This document shows positions 37,160 to 48,390 of a DNA stretch of 64,000 nucleotides, piece by piece; positions within the stretch are counted from its first letter, which is position 1, and every line of letters begins with the position of its first letter. Below the pieces are notes generated by a model. The model made no database searches and had not been told where the DNA came from. It worked only from the letters and a program-made list of their open reading frames with translations. The DNA is taken from the NCBI GenBank assembly GCA_052327205.1, contig CM126206.1, forward strand, positions 261,888,001 through 261,952,000. Direction: 5' to 3'. The position numbers were made by a program, and so were the translations under genes. The DNA comes from Somniosus microcephalus (lineage: Eukaryota).

Positions 37160-40100
37160 TGTTGAGGTACCGCAGCAAACGTGGGAGTCGAGACCAGAGC
37201 TAGTAAAACACAACTGCTTTATTCAACCTCATGGCAAAGAGGAACTGGAAAAGCCCGCGCATCCACTTAAATACTCCCCAGACAGGAAGTGCTCCTGGCA
37301 GCCTGTCCCTGCGGGAAACAAGTTGCTGGAGGAAAGGACCCCAGCTGGGGGCATCTGCTTAAACTGCCCATGCCGCCGTGAGCGGATTATGTCCAGTGGT
37401 GGCGTGTCGCCACAGAGCTCCCCCCAGAATCCGCTTAGGAGAAGTGGACGAGTCGTGACGGTGGTCTGATGGTTCTGCCGCAGCAGCTCTGAGTGGTCGC
37501 CGGTCTAGTTGGTGGGGCCGGGCGGTTCGCCGCTGGCTGTGCTGGCTTGCTGGCGGGACGGCCTCTAGTTGGAGGCCGGGCCACGGGGATCTGTCCCCCT
37601 GGTTCTGTGTGTGCTGGTTTGAGCCGGTCGATGGAGACTGTGTCGACCCTGTCGCCGAGTCGCAGCTTGAAGACCTTGTCCCCGGTTTGTAGTACCTCGT
37701 ACGGTCCGTCGTACGGGGGTCGCAGGGGCCCGCGGTGCGCGTCGTGTCGCACGAAAACGAAGCGCGCCTGCTGTAAGTTTGGCGGGACGTGAGGTGCGAG
37801 TTCGCCGTGTCGGTTGACCGGAAGTGGGGCGAACTGCTGAGTGGAAGAGAAAGAGTTGAGCCGCTGCTGTTCGGCCGACCAAGGCATGGTAGCCTCCGGA
37901 AGGAATTCGCCTGGGACGCGCAGTGGTTGTCCGTAGACTAACTCCGCTGCCGAGGACTGGAGGTCTTCCTTGACCACGGTGCGTAGGCCTAGTAGCACCC
38001 ACGGTAGGCGGTCAGTCCAGGTACTGTACTGCAGGCCGGCGCGGAGTGAGGCCTTGAGTGACCTGTGGAAGCGTTCACACAGCCCATTGACCTGCGGGTG
38101 GTACACCGTGGTTCGGTGGAGCGTCACCCCGAGGTTGCGTGCTGTGGCCGTCCAGAGTTCGGAGGTGAACTGGGCGCCTCTGTCGGAGGTTATGTCGGCC
38201 GGTACGCCGAACCTTGCGACCCAGGTGTTAACGAACGCCCTGGCGATGTCGGCTGTAGTGGTGGAGGGCAGCGGCACTGCCTCAGGCCAGCGTGTGTAGC
38301 GGTCGACCATCGTGAGGAGATAAGTTTGGCCTTGCGATGGCGGCAGAGGACCGACGATGTCGACGTGTACGTGGTCGAAGCGGCGGCTGGGTACCTCGAA
38401 GTCTCCCAGGGACGCTTTTGTGTGTAGCTGTACCTTAGCCCGTTGGCAGGCGAGGCAGGAGGTGGCCCAAGTCCGAACATCTTTGCTGAGGCCGCGCCAG
38501 ATGAAACGCTGGGAGAGGAGTTTGACGGATGCGCGGGCACCCGGATGGGAGAGCGCGTGTAGCGCGTCGAAGATGCGGCGGCGCCAGGTTGCAGGGACGA
38601 CCGGCCTGGGTTGGCCGAGTGAGACGTCGCAAGTGACTGCCGTGGCTTCGGGCCCGTGCGCGACCTTGGCTAGGCGTAGCCCTGGCAGGCTGGTAGCCGC
38701 CGAGAGGAGGTCTGGGTCCGTGAGCTGGGCCGCTGCTAGTTGCGTGTAGTCGACCGCGAGGTGATTCGCGCAGATGGCGGGACGGGAAAGGCAGTCGGCG
38801 ACAACGTTGTCTCTACCGGAGACGTGCTGGATGTCCGTAGTAAACTCGGACACGGCTGCGAGCTGGCGTTGCTGCCTAGCGGACCAGGGTTCGGTGTGCT
38901 TGGCCATCGCGTATGTGAGCGGCTTGTGGTCCATGTACAAGGTGAAGGGGCGGCCTTCCAGGAGGAACCTGAAATGGCGGACCGACAGGTGGAGCGCGAG
39001 AAGCTCGCGGTCGAAAGTGGAGTATTTGACCTCCGGGGGGCGCAGTTGGCGGCTGTAGAAGGCAAGTGGCTGCCACGCGCCATTGACCCACTGCTCGAAC
39101 ACGGCTCCGACCGCGTGTTCGGAGGCGTCGGTGGTGAGCGCGACCCGGGCATTGGCCCTCGGGTGCGCGAGCAGGGTGGCGTCGGCGAGCACGTTTTTGG
39201 TGGCGTCGAAGGCGGCTGACGTGTCAGTTGTCCAGGCTACGTCCATCTTGCCGGATTTACCCCGGAGGGAGTCGTATAGGGGCTTCATGAGGGCTGCAGC
39301 TCTGGGGATGAACCTGTTGTAGAAGTTCACCATCCCGAGGAACTCCTGGAGGCCCTTGATGGTTTTGGGGCGGGGGAATTGCTGGACGGCCTGCACCTTG
39401 TTGGGCAGGGGGATGGCCCCAGCAGGGGTGATGTGGTGACCGAGAAAATCGATCTCGGTTAGGCCGAATTGGCACTTCGCCGGGCTGAGGATGAGCCCGT
39501 GTTGGGCTAGGTGCCCGAACAGGATGCGAAGGTGTTCGAGGTGTTCCTGTTTGGAGGAGCTGGCCACGAGAATGTCATCTAGATAGACGAATGGGAAGTT
39601 CAGGTCCCGGGGGACTGAGTCCATAAGGCGCTGGAAAGCCTGGGCTGCATTCTTGAGGCCGAAGGGCATCCTCAGGAACTCGAACAGGCCAAATGGGGTG
39701 ATGACGGCCGTTTTGGGGATGTCCGCGGGGTGTACGGGGACTTGGTGGTAACCGCGCACCAGGTCGACCTTGGAAAAGACGGTTCGTCTGGCCAGTTGGG
39801 CCGAGAAGTCCTGGATGTGTGGCACCGGGTATCGGTCGGGGGTGGTGGCGTCGTTGAGGCGGCGGTAGTCCCCGCAAGGGCGCCAGCCTCCGCCGGGCTT
39901 GGGGGCGATGTGGAGGGGCGAGGCCCAAGGGCTGCTGGAGCAGCAGATGATGCCGAGTTGTTCCATGGTGGTGAACTCGGCCCGCGCGATTTCCAGCTTG
40001 GCCGGGTTGAGTCTGCGGGCGTGGGCAGAAACTGGGGGGCCGGTGGTGGGGATATAGTGCTCCACACCGTGTTTGGCGGCTTTGGCTGAAAAGGTCGGGT

Positions 40101-41505
40101 TAGTGAGGGCGGGAAACTCGGCTAGGAGTGCCGAGTAGTCGTCCGTGGCTGTGGCGAGGCAGTAGGTCGTCAGGCCGGCCGAACGGGCCGGGGTGAATGC
40201 GCCGGGGATGGGGGCCATAGTGTTGATGTCAACGAGGCGGTGCCTCGGAATGTCGACAAGGAGGCCGTGGGCGCGTAGGAAGTTGGCGCCGATGAGTGGG
40301 CAGAGGACCTTGGCTGTGAGGAACTCCCAGCGGTAGCGGCGGCCTGCGAGGTCGAGCGTGACCATGCGGGTGCCATATGTGCGGATGTCAGAGCCATTGG
40401 CTGCGGCCAGCGTGATACCCCGTGTGCCGCGTTGGATTTCGAGGGCGGAGGCGGGGGTGATGCTGTGCTGGGCCCCTGTGTCGCACAGAAATCGGCGGTT
40501 GGTTCTGTCGTCGGTGACGTACAGTAGAGGCCCCTTTTGCCCGGCGGCCATCGCGGGGGCCGGTGCGGGGGGGGGTTTGAAAGTGCACGGTGGCGTGCAG
40601 CGTTGGGCCCTAGTGCCAAAACGGGTGTGGTAGTAGCAGTGACCCGGAGTGGTAGGGCGGTCGGGCCTAGTGGGCCGGGAAGACCGCGTGGTCGTTGCCG
40701 TGAGGTCGGGCGCGACGTCGCGAGCGGACTGCGCAGAGAGCAGCCGATCGGCCTTTTCGGCTATGTCATTCAGGTCCGTGGAGCCAGACTCCACAATGAG
40801 CGGGCGGATGCTGGCGGGGAGCTGCCGAATGAAAAGCGTGCGAAAGAGGGCGCCGGTGTTTTTGTCGTCCGAGAGGGACAGCATGTGGGAAAGCAGATCT
40901 GAGGGTGAAGCGTCACCAAGGCCGGGGAGGTCAAGGAGTTGGCAGTTGCGCTGGTAAGAGGACATTTGAAATTTTTTAAGGAGCGCAGCCTTCAGATGTT
41001 CGTACTTGCCTTCCACTGGTGGATCCTGCAGCGCTGCCCAAACCTTGGGGACTGTGGCGTAGGTGAGAGAGGAGACGAGGTAGTCGTACTTTGTAGCATC
41101 AACTGTAATGTGTTTCAGCCGGAATCTGGACTCAGCTTGAACAAACCAGGCTTCGGCCAGGTTCTCCCAAAAGTCCGGTAGTTTAACCGTGACTGCGTTT
41201 GTATCCGCCATGCTAGCTTAGGATTTGTCCTGAGCGTCGGGGTCACCAGTGTTGAGATACCGCGGCAAACGTGGGAGTCGAGACCAGAGCTAGTAAAACA
41301 CAACTGCTTTATTCAACCTCATGGCAAAGAGGAACTGGAAAAGCCCGCACATCCACTTAAATACTCCCCAGACAGGAAGTGCTCCCGGCAGCCTGTCCCT
41401 GCGGGAAACAAGTTGCTGGAGGAAAGGGCCCCCGGCTGGGGGCGTCTGCTTAAACTGTCCGTGCCACCGTGAGCGGATTATGTCCAGTGGTGGCGTGTCG
41501 CCACA
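37160..41505 (-). mobile_element. full-length Ty3/Gypsy LTR retrotransposon, CsRN1/Kabuki-type
   Basis: LTRs 37160-37414 and 41250-41505; 4-bp TSD GGGC; PBS TGGTGACCCCGACG (tRNA-Trp); PPT-like GGGGGGAG. Confidence 0.95.
37435..41211 (-). CDS. intact single-ORF Gag-Pol polyprotein (1258 aa)
   Basis: KLPDFW...WFVQAE Gag start; CHCC motif CYYHTRFG..A.RCTPPC; DTGA protease; YLDD RT; TDAS RNase H; HHCC, D-D-E and GPY integrase; no stops. Confidence 0.93.
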   Translation of the reverse strand: MADTNAVTVKLPDFWENLAEAWFVQAESRFRLKHITVDATKYDYLVSSLTYATVPKVWAALQDPPVEGKYEHLKAALLKKFQMSSYQRNCQLLDLPGLGDASPSDLLSHMLSLSDDKNTGALFRTLFIRQLPASIRPLIVESGSTDLNDIAEKADRLLSAQSARDVAPDLTATTTRSSRPTRPDRPTTPGHCYYHTRFGTRAQRCTPPCTFKPPPAPAPAMAAGQKGPLLYVTDDRTNRRFLCDTGAQHSITPASALEIQRGTRGITLAAANGSDIRTYGTRMVTLDLAGRRYRWEFLTAKVLCPLIGANFLRAHGLLVDIPRHRLVDINTMAPIPGAFTPARSAGLTTYCLATATDDYSALLAEFPALTNPTFSAKAAKHGVEHYIPTTGPPVSAHARRLNPAKLEIARAEFTTMEQLGIICCSSSPWASPLHIAPKPGGGWRPCGDYRRLNDATTPDRYPVPHIQDFSAQLARRTVFSKVDLVRGYHQVPVHPADIPKTAVITPFGLFEFLRMPFGLKNAAQAFQRLMDSVPRDLNFPFVYLDDILVASSSKQEHLEHLRILFGHLAQHGLILSPAKCQFGLTEIDFLGHHITPAGAIPLPNKVQAVQQFPRPKTIKGLQEFLGMVNFYNRFIPRAAALMKPLYDSLRGKSGKMDVAWTTDTSAAFDATKNVLADATLLAHPRANARVALTTDASEHAVGAVFEQWVNGAWQPLAFYSRQLRPPEVKYSTFDRELLALHLSVRHFRFLLEGRPFTLYMDHKPLTYAMAKHTEPWSARQQRQLAAVSEFTTDIQHVSGRDNVVADCLSRPAICANHLAVDYTQLAAAQLTDPDLLSAATSLPGLRLAKVAHGPEATAVTCDVSLGQPRPVVPATWRRRIFDALHALSHPGARASVKLLSQRFIWRGLSKDVRTWATSCLACQRAKVQLHTKASLGDFEVPSRRFDHVHVDIVGPLPPSQGQTYLLTMVDRYTRWPEAVPLPSTTTADIARAFVNTWVARFGVPADITSDRGAQFTSELWTATARNLGVTLHRTTVYHPQVNGLCERFHRSLKASLRAGLQYSTWTDRLPWVLLGLRTVVKEDLQSSAAELVYGQPLRVPGEFLPEATMPWSAEQQRLNSFSSTQQFAPLPVNRHGELAPHVPPNLQQARFVFVRHDAHRGPLRPPYDGPYEVLQTGDKVFKLRLGDRVDTVSIDRLKPAHTEPGGQIPVARPPTRGRPASKPAQPAANRPAPPTRPATTQSCCGRTIRPPSRLVHFS

Positions 41506-41913
41506 GGGCATTATTTCCACGTTTCAGCATGTCATCAGTTTGTTTAGTCCATCCACTGAAACAGACTCAAAACCGCAGTATGTGATTTTAACTGAACTTA
41601 AAATTGTTTATGTTTATGTATTCACGATCAGAAAAGGCCATCAGGCCACCACTGATGTCATCCCTGTGCACCAACCATCTCTTCCCCCCACCTCCTTGGA
41701 GAAGTAAAAACCCAGAGACTTGCTATTTGTTCATAAAAGCTACAGGAACCTTGGCTACAAAACAAAATCACTGCAATGAATGTCATAATTTAGGGGACAA
41801 CATTGTAGAAACCATTTAACAAGTAAATTGATTTTAGCTGCAAGTGGGCCAGCTGAATTTTCATTTAGCAGTGATTTTTCTCTGTGTTTATGTGTGTGGG
41901 AGTTTCAGTCAGT

Positions 41914-42317
41914 GGGGTAGATCTTAACTTTATGCACTAGGTGGAGAGATTTAGGGAGGAAATTCCAGAACTTAGGGCCCTAAATTCTGTAATTCTCTCC
42001 ATAAACCTCTCTGGCTCTCTACCTCTCTCTCCTCTTTTAAGACGCTCTGTAAAACCTACTTCTTTGGTCACCTGTCCGAATATCTCATGCAGCTCGGTGT
42101 CAATTTTTGTCTGATAACGCTCCTGTGAAGCACCTTGGGACGTTTTCACTATGTTAAAGGGGCACTATAAATGCAAGTTGTTGTTGTTGTATAAAATGGG
42201 TGAGTTGGCAGTCCGGTTTTTGAAGTCAATGGAAATAGAAAACAAGAGAGATGTAAAACAGGCTGCTGACTGGCTTTCACGTGTTTTACACTATCGCACA
42301 AAGTCAAAGTCTACCCC
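41914..42317. mobile_element. MITE containing a nested L2 3' fragment (about 41941-42190)
   Basis: TIR GGGGTAGA..TT.ACTTT (15/18 match), TSD AGT; L2 tail CTATAAATGCAAG(TTG)n inside. Confidence 0.7.
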
Positions 42318-42784
42318 AGTGTGTGAGCTGTTCAGCATCAGGGGCGGCTTCATCAGAACCCTTCGTATTAGGGCACCAATGTGCTCTTATATAATAATAA
42401 ATATTATAGGAGAGAAATTCTGGGGGATGGGGGGGCAGTAGATGTGGGGTGAAGTGAAACTTCCCCCAGCCCACTGTCTATGCCACTAACCCCATCTGAA
42501 ATCCTGAGGCCGGGATTATCTGCATATTTTGCTGCTACACTTTGCCTCATCATACCCAAGTAAAAATAAAAAGGGAAAAGGCCCAGGATTGAGGTTTACC
42601 ATTTCCCCAGCAGAAACATTTAAAAAGCTGTTGGGCTCCAGTTCCACCAGGATCTAATATCTGGTACAGAACACTGGGGGAGGGGCAACTGAGGCGAAAC
42701 TGGCGGGGTTCAGGGCGGTTGACATCATCCCACCAGTCCAGGCTCTTCCTGTGACGTTACCATGGAAGGGGCCAGGTATTTTTA

Positions 42785-43170
42785 ATTCATTGTCGGGAAG
42801 TGTGCGTCGCTGGCAAGGTCGGCATTTTATTGCGCATCCCTAGTTGCCCCTGAGAAGGTGGTGGTGGGCTTTTTTCTTGAACCGCTGGGTAGCGGTTTTG
42901 ACACAACTGAGTGACTTGCTCAGCCACTTCAGAGGGCAGGTAAGAGTCAATCACGTTGGTATGGGACATGTAGGCCCAGACCGGGAAAGGACGGCGGGTT
43001 TCCTTCCCCAAAGGAACCAGTGAACCAGGTGGGCTTTTACAACAATCTGACAGCTTTTTATTTCCATATTTCTTTAAAATTGAATTTGAATTCTTAAGCT
43101 GCCATGGTGGGATTTGAACCGAGCCACTGGATTACTAGTCCAGTAACGTAACGACCACACTACCGTACCC
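42785..43170 (-). mobile_element. tRNA-derived SINE with a LINE-derived tail
   Basis: Head GGTACGGTAGTGTGGT (A box) ... GGTTCAAATCCC (B box); the tail matches the 3' UTR of the LINE at 3765-3870. Confidence 0.75.
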
Positions 43171-43357
43171 ACTGAGGTGCAAGAAATATCCCCTCCCACT
43201 TCCTGAGGACTTTGAATCTTGTCAAAAAAAAGGGATGAAGACCCAGTGGACCAGATTCCAGACAAACTCCTCTCCCAACCCCTCCATCTATCTGATGCTT
43301 CAAAAGCACCATTCTAAGCTCCTATTTATTTATTTTGTACCAGATATTTATTTATCT

Positions 43358-43697
43358 TGCAACTCACCAAGGCTTCTTCAGCATCACCTCCCAAACCCAC
43401 GACCTCGTCTACCTAGAAGGACAAGGGCAGCAGGCACATGGGAACACCACCACCTCCAAGTTCCCCTCCAAGTCACACACCATCCTGACTTAGAGGTACA
43501 TCGCCGATCCTTCATCGTCGCTGGCTCAACATCCTGGAACTCCCTACCTAACAGCACTGTGGGAGTTCCAGGACCACGCGGACTGTTGCTGTTCAAGAAG
43601 GCGGCTCACCACCACCTTCTCGAGGGCAATTAGGGATGGGCAATAAATGCTGTCCTTGCCAGCAACGCCCCACATCCCATAAACGAATAAAAAAAAA
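43358..43697 (+). mobile_element. 3' fragment of the LINE family at 2295-3873
   Basis: Closely matches 3531-3870; ends in AATAAA and poly(A). Confidence 0.88.
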
Positions 43698-44043
43698 GAT
43701 GGAATCTCAATCAATATTTAGAACTCTGGCCTTCATAATGTTTACCATCTTTATTTTTAATTGGACTCTTAAATAATTCATAGTGGTGATCAAAAGTGTG
43801 AAGGTGACAGTGCTGTACTTTATTACGCGCTTGAGATAAATTACAGTTATCTTAATACTTTCTTGTATTGTAAAGAGACAATCAGTGGGGTTTAACTGCA
43901 GCAGTCAGTGCCTTGGAAGCATTCAATCATTTGTAGCCAGTAACAGATCTCAATTAATTGCTGTTCATATAGGGGGCCCGTGCTCTTGATGGGGGGGCCT
44001 TGTCCATGAGCAGCCAAAACCAGAACTATGAGAGCATACATTA

Positions 44044-44250
44044 AAGAAAGAAAGAACTTGCATTTGTATAGCACCTTTCACGTCCTCAGGATGTCCCAAA
44101 GCACTTTTTTTTGAAGTGCAATCACTGTTGTAATGTAGGAAACATGTCAGCTTATTTTTGCACAGCAAGGTCCCACAAACAGCAATGTGATAGTGACCAG
44201 ATAATCTGTTTTAGCACTGTTAGTTGAGGGATAAATATTGGCTAGGACAT
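44044..44250 (-). mobile_element. Deu-domain SINE 3' fragment
   Basis: Reverse complement of ...GGGACATCCTGAGGACGTGAAAGGTGCTATACAAATGCAAGTTCTTTC. Confidence 0.75.
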
Positions 44251-44315
44251 AATGGTTGGAAAATCAAGGGCAACGCATGCCTGGATTTTTGATCTGCGCT
44301 AACGGTAGGAACATA

Positions 44316-45073
44316 GGGCCGTATTTTCCGATTGGAGGCCTCCCGCATGCGGAGGCCTCCGATCTGGAAAAATCTACGAATTTACCCGAGGGCTCCCGAG
44401 GCACCTATACCTCCAATCCTGAGCCTCTCCAAACTCTAAGTGTGCAGGGCCTACGTATCCCAGGGGTGCAGGCAGTTCGCAAGCGTCCCTGGGGTCACGT
44501 GGGCCATGGGGAGCCAATAGAAGAAGGGAATCTCCCTTCATACACTTGACAGATATGTCTGTCAAATATATGAATGGAGATCACCCCAAAAACATAGTAA
44601 AACTTTACATAAATTAAAAAAAAACCATCACCTTTTTAAAATTGGTTGAAATTACAATAAATTAAATATTTAAACAAAAATTACATTATTTGAAAAAAAA
44701 ATTAAAGTTTTTTACAGGGCTAAAAATAAACTTACCTTTTTTAAAGTATTTTTAAATGATACATGAGTGAAAAAAGTTTTGTTTTTACTTTTTTCAACTC
44801 TTATCCTGGTAAAAGCAGGCCTGACGCCTGCTTTTACCAGGCATAAGAATTCTAAGGGTTTTCTGCAGGTGGCTGTTCTGCAGAAAGCGGAACTATCCGC
44901 CCGCAGAGGCCCTTCTCCAGGGCAGCCGGAGGATCTGTCAAGAGCATTCTTGACAGATCGGAAATGCTGGTTTTCAACGCATGTGCTGTGCATGCCTGAA
45001 ACCAGCATTTCCAATGTCTCTACAGGTGGATACACAGCACGTACCCACCCGTAGGGATCGGAATATACGGCCC
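44316..45073. mobile_element. Harbinger-type MITE
   Basis: 17-bp TIR GGGCCGTAT(T/A)TTCCGAT, TSD ATA; inverted relative of 35115-35878. Confidence 0.85.
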
Positions 45074-45897
45074 ATAGGAACAGGAGTAGGTAATTTAGCC
45101 CCTCGAGCCAGTTCTGCCATTCAGTGAGATCATGGGGGCTGATCTGTGACCTAACTCCATATACCCTTTGCCCCATACCCCTTAATACCTTTGTTTAACA
45201 AAAATCTATCAATCTCTGATTTAAGATTAACAATTGACCTAGCATCAATTGCCGTTTGCGGAAGGGAGTTCCAAATTTCTACCACCCTTTGTGTGTAGAA
45301 GTGTTTCCTAATTTCACTCTTGAAAGGTCTGGCTCTAATTTTTAGACTATGACCCCTAGTCCTAGACTCCCCAACCAACGGAAATAGTTTCTCTCTATCT
45401 ACCCTATCTGTTCCCCTTAATATCTTGAAAATTCCGATCAAATCACTCCTTAACCTTATAAATTCCAGGGAATTCTACCCTAGTTTGTGTAATCTTTCTT
45501 TGTAATTTAGCCCCTGGAGTCCAGGTGTGGTAAAACCACCAATGAACTCCTGTACAAATGAATAACTGTCTTTAAAGCAATGTTACAGCACCTATGTCCG
45601 TTTGCTGAGTGTAAACAAGCTTTCTGTAAAAACCCTGAAACAACGCGATGACGTCATCACGTTGGTCACGTGGTGCCCCGAGTGGCGGGAAACGTGATGA
45701 CGCCATGACGTCAGAGGTGGGAGGTTCTGAGTTCAGACCTCGTGGAACAAGCTACTGTATAGACCTGTTTGCTGTTGCTCCTGCATGTTTTTGTTTTGTT
45801 CACCAGTTTAATTAAATTCAGTTAATTTACTGAACTGACTCGACCTCAGTGATTTAGATAGGAATCTGTTGATTCCTACACAGGTATCATTCTGGTA
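45074..45897 (-). mobile_element. CR1 LINE 3' fragment interrupted by a solo LTR
   Basis: ORF 45151-45441 (FKILRG.DRVD..LFP..GESRTRGHSLKI); the CR1 resumes after 45880. Confidence 0.85.
45526..45880. mobile_element. solo LTR
   Basis: TG...CA ends, 4-bp TSD CAGG (45522-45525 and 45881-45884); the host CR1 rejoins across it. Confidence 0.7.
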
Positions 45898-47039
45898 GGC
45901 GAGGTTCTTTGCTGGTAACGTGGACTTGTACAGTGACCCCCACAGATTTGTTAGTGCCAGACAATTTTCCACCATGGAAGTCTATAAGTTGTAATGTGTT
46001 ACCTTCATTTATATGAGGTGTTCTTACACAGATCCCACGCAAAGCAGTTTACTAGGGAGAAAACAGGAAACAGGTTTATTTGGGGAGAAAGCAGTAAAAT
46101 GGCAAAGCGTAAAATCAGGCCCTGAGAGTGGCCTAATTTTGGGCTGGCAAGAAGGGCCGAATGGACCTAAAATTCCGTGGATGCAATTTGCACTCCCGGC
46201 ACAGGTGTAAAACAGGCAGCTGATCCACAACCAGCAGTTTTCTGCCCTCGCCAAAGGTAAAAAGGTGGGGGGACTTTCAACTGCCAGCTGTCTGTTTCTC
46301 GCCTGGGAAACAGGTGGCCAGCAGAAGAAAAGTTGATGGGGACATTGGACCCCCATTAGCCAGCCTGATTCAATTTTCTGGCAGGCCTTTAAATGTGCAG
46401 CCAGCACTGCTAACTAAAACAGGCGAGAGGGCGATTATATATGTGAATCAGGGAGATACGCCAGTTGTCGGGCCACATTACAGTATCCACGGAGGAGTGG
46501 GCAAATCATGTGAAGTGCATGCGGCTTCTACTTTTTTCAGGCTTTGACTGGCCTAACCAGTGGTCCTTAAAGCTGGAGGTTGTTTAGGAAAGGTAAAATT
46601 TGGCTTTTTTGAAAAAAGATTTTTCTGGGGCCAGGAGGAGCATTCAAGATCCCACGCCCAACAGTTTATTGGGGACAAAACAGAACACTGAGATTAATCT
46701 GGGGAGAAAAAGGGAAAGTGGGACTGTGTAAAATTCATGTGCCTCCTGGCCCCACAGAAATATTCCGGCCACTGCCATCCATTTGCCCCCATCCCCCCAG
46801 GATCCATCTACCTCCACCGCCCCCCCCCCACAACAGACCGCTGGCCAGCTCCATGCAGCAATTGACTGACTTTCTGCTGAGCCTGTTTAGCGCCTGCAGC
46901 TCAGCACTAAAATTTAAATAAGGCCCGATTTTCAAATGTTTTGGGAGCCCGTTTTGAGCAAAACTTGAAAATCTCCCGTATGTTTCTGATTTCCCTAAGA
47001 AGCTCTCCTGCAGAACCTCCTGCTAAGTCTTTCCAAAGC

Positions 47040-47447
47040 CTCTTGCCTCTGAATCAGAAGGCTGTGCGTCCACTCCAGGGACTTGAGCACATAATCTAGG
47101 CTGATACTTCAGTGCAGTACTGAGGGAGTCCTGCGCTGTCTTTCAAATGAGACGGCCTCTCAGGTTGGCGTAAAAGATCCCATGGCACTATTTGAAGAAA
47201 AGTAGGGGTGTTCTCCCCGATGCTCAGGCCAACATTTATTCCTCAATCAATACCTAAGAACAGATTATCTGCTCATTATGACATTGCTGTTTGTGGGATC
47301 TTGCTGTGTGTAAATTAGCTGCCGCGTTTCCTACATTATAACTGTGACTACGCTTCAAAAGTACTTAATTGGCTGTAAAGTGCTTTGGGACATGCTGAGG
47401 TTGTGAAAGACATTATACAAATGCAAGTCTGTCTGTCTGTCTTTTCT
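47040..47447 (+). mobile_element. Deu-domain SINE (SacSINE1/AmnSINE1-like), near full length
   Basis: tRNA-like head remnant, CAGTGCAGTACTGAGGGAGT, Deu core and an L2-like tail AAATGCAAGTCT. Confidence 0.8.
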
Positions 47448-48009
47448 TCTAATTCACCTAAGATGCTCTTCTGCAGAACTTCCATGGATCTGATCAATCT
47501 TTCCACAGGCTGGCTTTGAAGACCACGTTAGAAGTTTCTGTGTTCATGTCCATCAGGAAAACAAGACAGACTCACCGAGTGTGCTCCCTGGAATGATTCC
47601 CTCCTCCCCATTGTTATGAGGCATGCCAGTGATTTATTTACAACACTAAGTAACATGCTTTAATGTTGAAGATTAGGTAATTCATGGATTTCTGTCTTGT
47701 TTGCAGGAATTAATTTACTTGGATTTTGTTGTGTTAGTCCTCATGAAGTTCAATGCAGATCAACACACCAAACTCTGATTATACCTCAAAGCTTCTCCTG
47801 ATTGTGGAAATCAATCTTCTTAAAATACACTGGGCCACTAAAGTGGAGTTAAATATTAACAATTATCTTGATGATCTGACGACCACAAAGTAATCAAATT
47901 TATCTTGCCCAACAATGTCACCAGTCTCATCGGTTATCATAAGTCAGTGCCAGTCATCAAGCGATGAATCAGGTGGTTCAGTGAGTTAATGTGCTGTCCT
48001 TTCACAATA

Positions 48010-48390
48010 AGAACAACTTGTATTTATATAGCGCCTTTAACATAGCAAAATATCCCAAGATGCTTCACAGAGGCGTTATCAAGCCAAATTTGACACCGAG
48101 CCACATAAGGAGATATTAGGGCAGATGAGGTAGGTTTTAAGGAGCGTCTTAAAGGAAGAGAAAGAGGTCGAGAGGGAGAGAGGTTTAGGGAGGGAATTCC
48201 AGAGCTTAGGGACTTGGCAGCTGAAAGCACGGCCGCCAATGGTAGAGCGATTAAAATCGGTGATGCTCAAGAGGCCAGAATTGGAGGAGCGCAGATATCT
48301 CAGAGAGTTGTAGGATTGGAGGAGGTTACAGAGATAGGGAGGGGCAAGGCCATGGAGAGATTTAAAAACAAGGATGAGAATTTTAAAATG
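48010..48390 (-). mobile_element. L2 LINE 3' fragment
   Basis: STIGGRAFSCQVPKLWNSLP..FKTLLKTYL; similar to 6693-7287. Confidence 0.85.

Noticed and set aside
37493-41181. Many overlapping ORFs within the LTR element
   Set aside because: Shadow frames of a GC-rich gag-pol; no recognisable motifs.
41321-41707. 128-aa ORF starting in the LTR
   Set aside because: Crosses the LTR/host boundary, antisense to the element, with no recognisable domain.
43105-43170. tRNA gene
   Set aside because: A and B boxes are present but no cloverleaf is evident, and it continues into a SINE body.
46050-46980. Possible additional Harbinger-type MITE
   Set aside because: Composition and internal inverted motifs are suggestive, but I could not fix TIRs or a TSD.
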